Below are positions 1 to 8,955 of a stretch of 34,110 bases of DNA, piece by piece. This stretch comes from a bacterium (GTDB lineage: Bacteria; Patescibacteriota; Microgenomatia; Levybacterales; UBA12049). A model generated the notes under the pieces. The model was not told where the DNA came from. It did not search any database and was given only the letters and a program-made list of their open reading frames with translations. Each line of letters opens with the position of its first letter. Position 1 is the first letter of the stretch. The translations under genes were made by a program, and so were the position numbers. The stretch spans positions 1 through 34,110 of the forward strand of contig JBEPUU010000001.1 of the NCBI GenBank assembly GCA_041691355.1, read 5' to 3'.

Positions 1-1017
1 GACAGGGGTAAATAGTGCATATGCACCAAGAACGATAATAGGCATTGTCATAAAGAGAATAAATCGTGGATAAATAACCTTCCCAAAAAATGCCAACGCG
101 ACAAGAGGAAGGACAAACCAAATAAGAAGAAATAATTTCTCTTTCCAAAACTTCTTATCAACCACAAAAGAAGATATCGAGAGAACAAGAAAAGGAACTG
201 TAATATATCCAATAAACCACCCTCCCAATCCCTTCATATTGCCGGTGAAAAAGGCGAATGGTTGACGTATCCAGTCATTGAACGAATAAATGAAGGTCAA
301 ATTCTTTTGTCCGATGATGTAAAAAAATGGAGACAAGCGAAGTATTTGATACATCGCATTTGCGATAATGACAGCAACTAACGCAAAAATAATAAATCTG
401 AAAAGTCTATTCTTATCAAAGTGTTTTTTAAAAGGAAAAAGTAAAAGAGAAAACGGCAACAGAATAAATCCAAAATCTGCATCAGTCTTTGTTAACATAC
501 CAAGTCCCATAACCATTCCCAATATCATTCCAAGGTCAAGACGGACATGCCGTACCAAAAGTACAGTAAAATATAAAATCCAAATCATAGACACCGCGAC
601 AAGCGAATCATAGACTGCTAATTTGTCATAGACTAAGGAAAATGGATACAAGACATAAAGAAGACTGGAAAGCAGGCCTATTTTTGTATTCCGAAATATT
701 TCTCGGCCTAGGAAGAACATACCAATCATTGAAAAAAATCCTGCACCTATTGAGACAGCTCTTCCAGCTAGCAAGGGCTCTTTGATTATCTTGAGAAGAA
801 GCATAGCAATCCATACAAACATAGGTTGCTTACCATCAGTCAATGAAATAAATCGCCAGCTGGCATCATTGCTTGCAATTTGTGACCAGCGAATATAAAT
901 CGCCTCATCGGTAAAAATAGGCAGTGTAAGTATGTGAAATAGCCGTGTGATTAGATATAAAACAATAAGTGCGGCAAAACTGAAGAACAGATAATATTTT
1001 TTTATAAAAAAAAGCAT
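1..1017 (-). CDS. GT-C fold membrane glycosyltransferase, ArnT/PMT (GT39/GT83)-like; C-terminus cut by window edge
   Basis: Absent from the ORF track because it has no in-window stop. Hand translation of the minus strand from ATG 1017..1015 stays open to base 1: MLFFIKKYYLFFSFAALIVLYLITRLFHILTLPIFTDEAIYIRWSQIASNDASWRFISLTDGKQPMFVW... An acidic DEA motif right after TM1 plus a long run of hydrophobic helices is the ArnT/PMT pattern. Track ORFs 368..613(+) and 626..814(-) lie inside it in other frames. Confidence 0.8.
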   Translation of the reverse strand, partial: MLFFIKKYYLFFSFAALIVLYLITRLFHILTLPIFTDEAIYIRWSQIASNDASWRFISLTDGKQPMFVWIAMLLLKIIKEPLLAGRAVSIGAGFFSMIGMFFLGREIFRNTKIGLLSSLLYVLYPFSLVYDKLAVYDSLVAVSMIWILYFTVLLVRHVRLDLGMILGMVMGLGMLTKTDADFGFILLPFSLLLFPFKKHFDKNRLFRFIIFALVAVIIANAMYQILRLSPFFYIIGQKNLTFIYSFNDWIRQPFAFFTGNMKGLGGWFIGYITVPFLVLSISSFVVDKKFWKEKLFLLIWFVLPLVALAFFGKVIYPRFILFMTMPIIVLGAYALFTPV

Positions 1018-1115
1018 ATATGCAAACTACTCGTCTAGACAAATTATATGAAAAAGCCAAGCTATAAGCAAATCTCTTTTAAATATTCATGCAAATGATA
1101 TAATTAAGCTGTACT

Positions 1116-2843
1116 ATGGAAAAAGTCAGACAATATTGGCAGAAGTTTATTACAGAGCGACATTATTTTACCGTATTTTTTGTGCTAATCATGCTTGGGA
1201 TATTTCTTATCAACGGCATGCATGAATCATACCCAGACGAATTTGATAATATTCTCGGCGGCTGGTACATCCTTCATGGACGGTTTATTTATTCAGGATT
1301 TTTTACCCATCATGGGCCTGTTGCATATTTCTTAGCAGCACTTGTTGAAATTTTCAGTGGACGCTCATTTGTAAGATTTCGCATCGTCTATTCAATTTTT
1401 CTTCTTGGATACTTCTTATGGTCATATTTTTTCTTGAGAAATCGTGTAGGAATTATCAAATCCCGTCCTTATCTCTTTTTTATCCCTGTAATTGGAATTG
1501 CAGCGACATATTTTTGGGGTCATATGCTCTTGGCAGATAGCATTTCAGGATTTTTCTTAACTCCTGTATATGTTTTTTTGCTTCTAAAGATACTATACCG
1601 CGAAAATCTCATCAAAAAAGATTTCATTTTTATCTCAGTTCTCACATCTCTTGCACAGCTTTCTTCATTGACATATACCTATCTCATTTTTATAATCGCG
1701 ATTTGTAGTCTCGGTTACTACATTTTTTACCAACCTATTAGACCTTTTAAGAAAAAAACTATACTTGAAATCCTGGGAATTTTTCTCGCACCGTATATTA
1801 TTTTCTTTTTATATTTAATTGTGACAGGAAGTCTGTTCGATTATATGTATCAGGCAATTACGTTCAACGAAAAATATTATATTTATAACTATCCTCGCCC
1901 ACCTGGAGTTACACATATCAATCCCATCCGCTACGCAATTGTTATCGCACATAATATATTGACAGCTTTTTTCTCACTTGCTACTCAAATAAAAGATTTT
2001 AATTTTAGTTACCCATTCAATGCAACATTGCTTTTGGCAAATCTCGTCCTTCTTATTTATCTGTTATTCAAACGCAACTACTATTTTGCAGTATTTCTTG
2101 TTCTCTTTCTTATTTACTCCAACGCAAGAAGCGATCCATTAAGCTCCAAAGAAACAGATTATCAATCCGCAGTCTATATGATGTTTTCGTTATTTAATAT
2201 TTGTTTTGTGATTCCCACACTTTATAAAGAATTAAATACAACATTGTTACTTAGCAAACGCGTCATATTTGTGGGTTGCTTTGCTCTTATCTCACTTTAT
2301 TCACTGTTTACCGGAATATATCTTTTCAATTCTTGGATGAATAAAGCATATACCAAATATATGGGAACATCTCCACTCATTTATGATCGACCCATTGTTG
2401 CGCCGGTAATTAACTCTGTTGTTTCTCCTGGAGATTATATGTGGATTGGACCATTTGCATTTGAGGATTTATTTTATGCTAACGGTACTATCCCTTCACA
2501 ATATCAGATTCTTATTCCAGATATGGGACAATCACAGAAAATTGAAGATGGAATCATTTCTGAATTTAAAACACATAAACCAAAAGTAATTTACTTTGAT
2601 AAACAATTCTTTGTGCTGGGAAGAGCACCTGAAACATATGGGCAATTTTTCATAGATTTTCTCAACTCAAATTATATAACACTATTCAATTACCACAATG
2701 GTGATACAAAATATATTTCTGTCGCACCTGTAACATTGCAACTTGATCTGGAAACAAAGCTCTATATAAATAAAAATAATATACACGAGGTTATTCAGAA
2801 GTTGGTGCAGGGCAATTATATAAAGGCAGTACCTATTAAATGA
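1116..2843 (+). CDS. polytopic membrane protein with hydrophilic C-terminal domain, possibly a GT-C-type glycosyltransferase
   Basis: 575-aa ORF with about 10 or more hydrophobic helices in the first ~400 aa, then a ~170-aa hydrophilic tail. Acidic YPDEFDN motif in the first loop. Extended -10 TGaTATAAT at 1096..1104 lies 11 nt before the ATG, with no SD. The family assignment is a guess. Confidence 0.6.
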   Translation: MEKVRQYWQKFITERHYFTVFFVLIMLGIFLINGMHESYPDEFDNILGGWYILHGRFIYSGFFTHHGPVAYFLAALVEIFSGRSFVRFRIVYSIFLLGYFLWSYFFLRNRVGIIKSRPYLFFIPVIGIAATYFWGHMLLADSISGFFLTPVYVFLLLKILYRENLIKKDFIFISVLTSLAQLSSLTYTYLIFIIAICSLGYYIFYQPIRPFKKKTILEILGIFLAPYIIFFLYLIVTGSLFDYMYQAITFNEKYYIYNYPRPPGVTHINPIRYAIVIAHNILTAFFSLATQIKDFNFSYPFNATLLLANLVLLIYLLFKRNYYFAVFLVLFLIYSNARSDPLSSKETDYQSAVYMMFSLFNICFVIPTLYKELNTTLLLSKRVIFVGCFALISLYSLFTGIYLFNSWMNKAYTKYMGTSPLIYDRPIVAPVINSVVSPGDYMWIGPFAFEDLFYANGTIPSQYQILIPDMGQSQKIEDGIISEFKTHKPKVIYFDKQFFVLGRAPETYGQFFIDFLNSNYITLFNYHNGDTKYISVAPVTLQLDLETKLYINKNNIHEVIQKLVQGNYIKAVPIK

Positions 2844-4040
2844 TTATTTTTTCCTCTTTATTTTTTTATAAACAAAAATCGAACCTATCAAAATTGCAGA
2901 GACTACATAACTTGTAAGCATAATATCTAGTAATATCCTTGGAATTGGAGGATCCCAATTTCCTGTATAAATGAATGGAACATATAATAACAATGCGAAA
3001 ATGGAAATAATTACTGACGGGATAAGTACATAATATTTGTGAGAAAGAAAAACTGCAAATGCCAATGGTCCAATCAAATACCAAGCCTGAAAATTGTAAC
3101 TTTGTTGAGTTTCAATATATACCCCAATTAATAATAAAACCAAACTTAAACCAATTATTCCATCAAAATTAATTTTTTTCTTTTTCCACTGAAGAACATG
3201 GATCCATATAAAAAATGGCAGCATCATACCTGTTAAAAATTTAATACCAATTGAAATAAGCAGAGAAATATATGCTCTCCCATATTTTTTTTGTAAAAGT
3301 AAATAAAACGCCATCAATGAAAAAAACATCATCGTGATATCTATATGCGCCGAAACTAAACCTTCTACCAGAATCAACGGACTTAATCCAAAAAAAATAA
3401 GAGCAAAAGCTTCATTTTCAGGTTTTATTTTCTTAACTATTTTGCCGATAAAATAAATCGAACCAATGAAGCTAGCCGATGCGAGTATCTTAAAAAGAAA
3501 AAATGTAGGAAGAAAAAATTGTAATCCAATAAAAGATAATGGCACAGTCAGAGCAAGCCAGATGGGTCCATATGGATAAACACGTTGTGTCCAATGCATA
3601 AATGAGAGCATCGGATCACCTGGATAATCAAGCGCTTTATGCATAAACGGATTTGCATGATAATGGGTTATAATTTTTGCATCAAAAATATAGTTAAAAA
3701 CATCATATGAAAATGCATTATATGAAAAAGTTAATAAAATAACTCCCACAAAAATAACTTTCCAGACAAATTTTTTGTCCACTTTCTTTTTTGCTGCAAG
3801 TGATAGTAACAGTATATATAAAATGCTAAGAGCAATTACAATAAGTAAGTATAAAACTGTTGAAAACGGTCTATTAAAATAGCCAATATACTGAAAAGCT
3901 TTTTCTATAGCATAAAAAAATTTGAAGTGAGAAATTACCAAACCAAGATCAATTTGTGTAAAGGAGTATAAAAATAGTCCGAGGAAAACAAGAAGGTAGA
4001 CCCAAAAAATAACATTAATTTTTAAACTATAATTTTTCAT
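2844..4040 (-). CDS. polytopic membrane protein, putative polyprenol-dependent GT-C glycosyltransferase (DUF2029/GT87-like)
   Basis: 398-aa ORF with ~11 hydrophobic helices and the loop motif RVYPYGPIWL. A weak SD GGTGGGA lies 8 nt before ATG 4040. Its stop codon directly abuts the stop of the convergent 1116..2843 gene. Confidence 0.55.
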   Translation of the reverse strand: MKNYSLKINVIFWVYLLVFLGLFLYSFTQIDLGLVISHFKFFYAIEKAFQYIGYFNRPFSTVLYLLIVIALSILYILLLSLAAKKKVDKKFVWKVIFVGVILLTFSYNAFSYDVFNYIFDAKIITHYHANPFMHKALDYPGDPMLSFMHWTQRVYPYGPIWLALTVPLSFIGLQFFLPTFFLFKILASASFIGSIYFIGKIVKKIKPENEAFALIFFGLSPLILVEGLVSAHIDITMMFFSLMAFYLLLQKKYGRAYISLLISIGIKFLTGMMLPFFIWIHVLQWKKKKINFDGIIGLSLVLLLIGVYIETQQSYNFQAWYLIGPLAFAVFLSHKYYVLIPSVIISIFALLLYVPFIYTGNWDPPIPRILLDIMLTSYVVSAILIGSIFVYKKIKRKK

Positions 4041-4054
4041 CTATTATTTCCCAC

Positions 4055-4072
4055 CAAAAGCGAGGCTCGCTC
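4055..4072 (-). terminator. weak intrinsic terminator candidate after the GT2 gene
   Basis: The minus strand reads AGCGAGCCTCGCT (5-bp stem, 3-nt loop) followed by TTT, 15 nt after the GT2 stop. It is a GC-rich island in an AT-rich spacer. The stem is short. Confidence 0.3.
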
Positions 4073-4086
4073 TTAGAGGCTCATCT

Positions 4087-4851
4087 TTACCGATATTTTC
4101 CAGTAAAAATATTTCTTTTTATGCGTAAAAGATCAAGAACTCCCTGCGCAGAATCGGTAATAGGATTTACACGCCTTGTTTCAACATGAAGCCATTTAAT
4201 AGGTACTTCTTTTATTTTATACCCATGTTTCTTCGCTAAATACAAAATTTCTATGTCCGACCCATAAGTAATTGCAGTTCCTTTAATTTTTTCAAAACCA
4301 TGTTTGAGTTTTTTGTATCGATTAAAAATATCTTCTGTTGCATGACTCGTAAATAATTTAAAACCGCACTGTGTATCTGAAATCTCTTTAAGGCCAATTA
4401 TATTTTTTCGAAGAAGAACTGAACTCAACGAGATAAAGAGACGAATTGCAGGTGCACCCTTTCTTTTATCATCTCGTGAACCAATCGCGATGTCATATTC
4501 TCCACTTTCCAAAAAAGGGAGCAACTTATCTACCTCTTCAATTGGAGTTGCCTGATCCATATCGGTAAAAAGTCTATATTCCCCTTTTGCTTGCAACATC
4601 CCTGTAGTAACTGCACCGATTTTTCCGTAGTGTGGATTTTTGATGAACGTAAAACGCGGATTTTCTTTACAAAATTGTGCTATAAACTCTACACTTCCAT
4701 CTTTTGAGCCATCATCTGCAACAATCACTTCATATGAAATCTTTTTTTTGCTGAGAAAGTGCTCAATTTTATCAAGAACACCTTTCTGAAGATTGGCCAT
4801 CTCGTCGTAGCAGGGGATGATAATTGAAAGATAAATAGTATCCACGCTCAA
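4087..4851 (-). CDS. GT2 family polyprenol-phosphate glycosyltransferase (DPM1/Ppm1/ArnC-type catalytic domain)
   Basis: 254-aa ORF with LSIIIPCYDE and VIVADDGSKDGS (the GT2 DXD region) and no TM helix. The track start is TTG 4851. TATAAT at 4857..4852 lies 6 nt from GTG 4845, which may be the real start. Confidence 0.8.
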   Translation of the reverse strand: MSVDTIYLSIIIPCYDEMANLQKGVLDKIEHFLSKKKISYEVIVADDGSKDGSVEFIAQFCKENPRFTFIKNPHYGKIGAVTTGMLQAKGEYRLFTDMDQATPIEEVDKLLPFLESGEYDIAIGSRDDKRKGAPAIRLFISLSSVLLRKNIIGLKEISDTQCGFKLFTSHATEDIFNRYKKLKHGFEKIKGTAITYGSDIEILYLAKKHGYKIKEVPIKWLHVETRRVNPITDSAQGVLDLLRIKRNIFTGKYR

Positions 4852-4888
4852 ATTATACTAAAAAACTCTTCTGTCAACAAATGATAAA

Positions 4889-5794
4889 TTACCTTTTGTT
4901 AAAAGTAAGAATTTTTTGTTGTCTTGCTTGGACTTTTCGGTATGCATAATGCTGCTCTTTCAAATCATTATGGGCAACCAAAGTTATTCCATTTGCAGTG
5001 AGATGTCTCTTAACATCCGAATCTGTAAGAAGCCTTAACGCATTGTGTCGAGGCGTAAGGAATTTTTTATTCCCAGTTGCGCTTTCTATAGCCAAATGAC
5101 AAATAAATTCCGTTGTACCTTCAGGTAATTTGTTAAGTATATTAAGAAGTTCTTTGCTGGACAAATCTTTCCCCCAATTAATGTCGTAAAATCTATTAAT
5201 TTCATAAAGATGTTTACGATCTGCATGTCTTAAATTGCTGAGAAGCAAAGCTGAATTTACAATGACTTGCGTTACAATAGGTTTTTTCCAAACCCCAAGA
5301 GTTAGGTTCCAACTATTAAAATAATTTCCTCGTAGCGATTGAATTTTTTCTTTATTGGCAAAAGCACTTACAATTTTAAAGACGGAAGGATAGAGATGAA
5401 TATGATGATGACTATCAATATGCGTAATTTGCAGTCCGGTATTTTTTAATGCCGTATATTGTGCTTTTAATTCCTTTTCAATTTCTGTCCGGCTTATAGC
5501 CTTGGAAGCCACTCTTGAAATGAGTTGTGGCCAATAATAAAACGAATCGTCCTCTCGAATAAGATTTTTTGCATCTTTTGGAAAAATAAGAGATTTCCCC
5601 TCGGTAAGGTTGAAATGCAAACCAACTGATACTCGAGGGTGCTTTTTTAGATATGCTATTGCATCCTGAAAGAAGGGCATATTCACCATTACAGAAACAC
5701 TTGTAATAATTCCTTGCTCAATACCTTCTTTTGTACCTTCGTTTACTTCCCTACTCATGCCGAAATCATCGGCGTTAATTATCAATTTTTTCAT
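4889..5794 (-). CDS. YdjC/ChbG-family carbohydrate deacetylase
   Basis: 301-aa ORF. The N-terminus MKKLIINADDFGMSREVNEG and later ITHIDSHHHIH match the YdjC family signature (DDFG plus a His cluster). It lies 37 nt upstream of the GT2 gene on the same strand. Confidence 0.8.
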   Translation of the reverse strand: MKKLIINADDFGMSREVNEGTKEGIEQGIITSVSVMVNMPFFQDAIAYLKKHPRVSVGLHFNLTEGKSLIFPKDAKNLIREDDSFYYWPQLISRVASKAISRTEIEKELKAQYTALKNTGLQITHIDSHHHIHLYPSVFKIVSAFANKEKIQSLRGNYFNSWNLTLGVWKKPIVTQVIVNSALLLSNLRHADRKHLYEINRFYDINWGKDLSSKELLNILNKLPEGTTEFICHLAIESATGNKKFLTPRHNALRLLTDSDVKRHLTANGITLVAHNDLKEQHYAYRKVQARQQKILTFNKR

Positions 5795-5859
5795 TATATT
5801 GCCCTAACATTGCCAAACTCTTATCGTATACTTAAAATAACCTATATCTGATAGAATAA

Positions 5860-7317
5860 TTGAGTATGCTACCACTGTCAAGGGTTAAGAAGTTTTTGCC
5901 ATATATTATATGCTGCATTTTTTTTATTGCATACTCTACATTATCAATTGTCAAACATGATCATTATCAATCATACGGGTTTGATTTGGGAATTACAGAT
6001 CAAATAGTCTGGGAATATAGCAAATTTGATGCACCCATTACCACAGTTCATTATTACCCATATACATCTATTCTTACTGATCATGTCGAATTCATTTATG
6101 CACTACTTAGTCCTTTTTACTGGATTTGGGATGATCCACGAATGCTTTTATTTTTACAGGCAGCGGCAATTTGTTTTGCTGGGCTACCGTTATATTTCTT
6201 AGCACAAAGTAAAAAGATAAAACCTATTGTCACCTATGCTCTTCTTCTTAGCTATCTGACTTTTTATGGTTTGCAAAATGCAATTTGGTTTGACGTTCAT
6301 AGTGAAGTATTTGGTGCGAGTTTTCTTCCATGGTTTATTTATTTTTTGGATAAAAAGAAGAAGTATTGGTGCTTAGTTTTTTTTCTTCTAACCATTTTTT
6401 GTAAAGAAAATATGGCATTTTTGACACTTCTGATAAGTGGAGTATATTTTCTAAAACGAAAAAGTAAAATCGACTTCATCTATATTTTTCTCTCCGCATT
6501 TTATCTATTTATTATCTTTGCTATTTATTTTCCTTATTTCACCAAATTAGGATACGAATATGCAAATACCCGTGGACTTCTTGAGAGTATTGATTTGAGA
6601 AATTTTTTTAATACGTCAAATAAAAAAGAAGTATTTCTGGTAAGCCTTGGCTCATTCGGCTTTTTACCTATCTTATCTCCCTTATCACTTATACCCTTTA
6701 TAGGAGATCTTTTTAGTTATTTTGTTGTCGGCAATAACATAAAGGAAGCAAGTGGACTTTTTATGCATTATAGAGTTACATTGGGAGCACTTTTGGAATG
6801 GAGTACAATTCTTACACTTGCAAAATATAAATTTTTTAATAAATGGTATACAGCGTTATATCTTTTTATACTGATTATAGTTTTTCAGTTTACATTGCAT
6901 CTGCCACTTAGCTATTTGACCAAACATTGGTTTTGGCACCAACCACCAGCCGCCACAAATATTACTCACCTACTAACGTACTTGCCTCCAAACGCATCTG
7001 TTGTTTCTCAAAATAATATTACTCCTCATATAACCCAACGATATAATATTTTTACTTTATGGCCGGAGATTAAAAAATTTAAAAATGATTCTCCGTGCAG
7101 TAAAAAAGTTTGCGATTGGTTATCTTGGCGTGGAGGCAAACCGACATATATAATTGTAGATACTTCAAGAAATTGGGATATTAGACATTTTTTGACCGAC
7201 AGACCAATCTTTCTAGATGCTTTAACTAACATGGAAAAATATGGAGAAATTTCCAAACAAAAACAAATAGGCAATGCTATACTTTATAAAATTAACTATA
7301 AAAAATTAGCTAATTAA
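5860..7317 (+). CDS. DUF2079-family polytopic membrane protein (GT-C-like)
   Basis: 485-aa ORF. SYGFDLGITDQIVWEY and LLFLQAAAICFAGLPLYFLAQ resemble the DUF2079 N-terminal motifs, and there are many TM helices. The track start is TTG 5860. ATG 5866 sits 8 nt after the extended -10 TGaTAGAAT (5849..5857) and is the likelier start. Confidence 0.7.
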   Translation: MSMLPLSRVKKFLPYIICCIFFIAYSTLSIVKHDHYQSYGFDLGITDQIVWEYSKFDAPITTVHYYPYTSILTDHVEFIYALLSPFYWIWDDPRMLLFLQAAAICFAGLPLYFLAQSKKIKPIVTYALLLSYLTFYGLQNAIWFDVHSEVFGASFLPWFIYFLDKKKKYWCLVFFLLTIFCKENMAFLTLLISGVYFLKRKSKIDFIYIFLSAFYLFIIFAIYFPYFTKLGYEYANTRGLLESIDLRNFFNTSNKKEVFLVSLGSFGFLPILSPLSLIPFIGDLFSYFVVGNNIKEASGLFMHYRVTLGALLEWSTILTLAKYKFFNKWYTALYLFILIIVFQFTLHLPLSYLTKHWFWHQPPAATNITHLLTYLPPNASVVSQNNITPHITQRYNIFTLWPEIKKFKNDSPCSKKVCDWLSWRGGKPTYIIVDTSRNWDIRHFLTDRPIFLDALTNMEKYGEISKQKQIGNAILYKINYKKLAN

Positions 7318-7388
7318 TTTAAGAATCTCAATATTAAGAATAAAAGTATTGACATTTATATTTATTTGATGTAAATTAAGTATTATAA

Positions 7389-8828
7389 ATGCAAAATTTA
7401 ACTACTTCTCTTAAAACCTTTCTTGAAATCCCCTACGACAAACTTGAGGAGATGAATTTATCCCTAAGAAAAAAGACTCACACACTAACTTCAAGTGAAA
7501 TACAAAAAGAACATTTTACATATTTAGTTAAAGAAACCAAAATTAAAGCAATCACAGTCTGTTTTACCGATATTGAAGGACGATTTCAGATGCTTGATTA
7601 TGATAAAAAATTCCTTTTGGATTCTTTAGAAAATTTAACATTTGATGGATCTTCAATACGAGGATTTTCTGCTCAGTATGAATCCGATTTGCGACTTGAT
7701 ATAGATTGGGGCTCGCTCCGCTTTCTTCCTGCAGATGTCTTCGGTCCTGGCAAAGTCCTTGTCTTTGCATCTGTTCTTGATAGAGATCGTCAACCATATA
7801 TTTCCGATTTTAGAGGACAATTAAAACTTTATTCTGAGCAATTACTAAAGAAACAAGGAATTACGGCATATGGTTCAACGGAAATTGAAGGCTTTATCGT
7901 TGACGGCATAGAATCTGAACAAGAATATACATCACGCAATGAGTTTAAACTTATCTCAACAGGCGGATATTTTCATTCCCTTCCATTGGACAAACTCCGT
8001 GAATTTATCGATCGAGCTGCCGAAGCACAAAGGGCAATGGGATTCAGAAATGAAAAAGATCATCCAGAAGTTGCACCATCGCAGTTTGAGATGAACTTTT
8101 CTTACACTGACGTACTCAACGCAGCAGATCAAGTACAGTTATATAAACTTGTCTGTCGACAAGTTGCAAGGAACATGGGATTGACCGCGACGTTTCTTCC
8201 CAAACCTGTTATGGGAATCAATGGATCAGGAATGCACACAAATTTTTCGGTTGCAAAAAACGGTAGAAATATTTTTTATGATACTAAAGGTCAGGATGGA
8301 TTATCCGAAGTTGCTTGGGAATATATTTCAAAGCTTCTTAATCATGCTCCCGAGATTTGTTTGATACTCAATTCATCAGTAAATGCATACAGAAGACTTG
8401 ACCCGCATTTTGAAGCGCCGAATCAAATCAAAGTCTCTCCAATTGACAGAGGATCAATGATACGCATTCCCGTTGCAAATGAAAAAACCGCACGAATTGA
8501 AATCCGCTCTGTTGCACCTGATGCAAATCCTTATTTGGTATTTTACACAATTTTAAAAACCGGAAATGAAGGGAATAAATTAGTAACAAACGAAGAGAAA
8601 CGTCAACGATCACGTTTCTTGCCTGATAATATCAACGACGCGATCCGAATCTTTAAATCCAGCGATTATATTACCTCACTACTGGGCGAGGAAAACAAAG
8701 ATAAATATATTGCGTTCAAACAAGCTGCTGCGGATCGAAGTCCGAAAGAGCTCGGAACTCTAATAAAAGAATCTGAAATTCTCTATCATCACGAAGTCAC
8801 CAATCAGATTCTCTGGAACATGTTTTGA
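7389..8828 (+). CDS. glnA: glutamine synthetase family enzyme
   Basis: 479-aa ORF with GS catalytic motifs TEIEGF, HPEVAPSQFEMNF, ATFLPKPVMGINGSGMHTNFS and RIEIRSVAPDANPYL. The promoter is TTGACA (7349..7354)-17-TAAATT (7372..7377), 11 nt before the ATG, with no SD. Confidence 0.85.
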   Translation: MQNLTTSLKTFLEIPYDKLEEMNLSLRKKTHTLTSSEIQKEHFTYLVKETKIKAITVCFTDIEGRFQMLDYDKKFLLDSLENLTFDGSSIRGFSAQYESDLRLDIDWGSLRFLPADVFGPGKVLVFASVLDRDRQPYISDFRGQLKLYSEQLLKKQGITAYGSTEIEGFIVDGIESEQEYTSRNEFKLISTGGYFHSLPLDKLREFIDRAAEAQRAMGFRNEKDHPEVAPSQFEMNFSYTDVLNAADQVQLYKLVCRQVARNMGLTATFLPKPVMGINGSGMHTNFSVAKNGRNIFYDTKGQDGLSEVAWEYISKLLNHAPEICLILNSSVNAYRRLDPHFEAPNQIKVSPIDRGSMIRIPVANEKTARIEIRSVAPDANPYLVFYTILKTGNEGNKLVTNEEKRQRSRFLPDNINDAIRIFKSSDYITSLLGEENKDKYIAFKQAAADRSPKELGTLIKESEILYHHEVTNQILWNMF

Positions 8829-8955
8829 TTGGTCGACAAAAAATTGCACTAGTGAGCTCTAGTATACAAGGTCAGGTCGAAATTTCGACGAATGGCTGTT
8901 GTTTTATTGAAAATAAAAACTAATTTGACCACGGATTTGGTATACTCTTTTTGCA

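Noticed and set aside
368-814. Track ORFs 368..613(+) and 626..814(-)
   Set aside because: Both lie inside the long open minus-strand frame 1..1017, which has clear GT-C motifs. Their products are low-complexity with no motifs.
7320-7341. TAAGAAT look-alikes of the TAAGAACATG motif (7320..7326 and 7335..7341; also 30448..30454 and 30653..30659)
   Set aside because: TAAGAA-type hexamers are expected many times by chance in DNA this AT-rich, and the spacing (15 nt) does not fit a helical repeat. Only the exact 10-mer tandem at 31421..31441 and the copy in the regulator promoter were kept.
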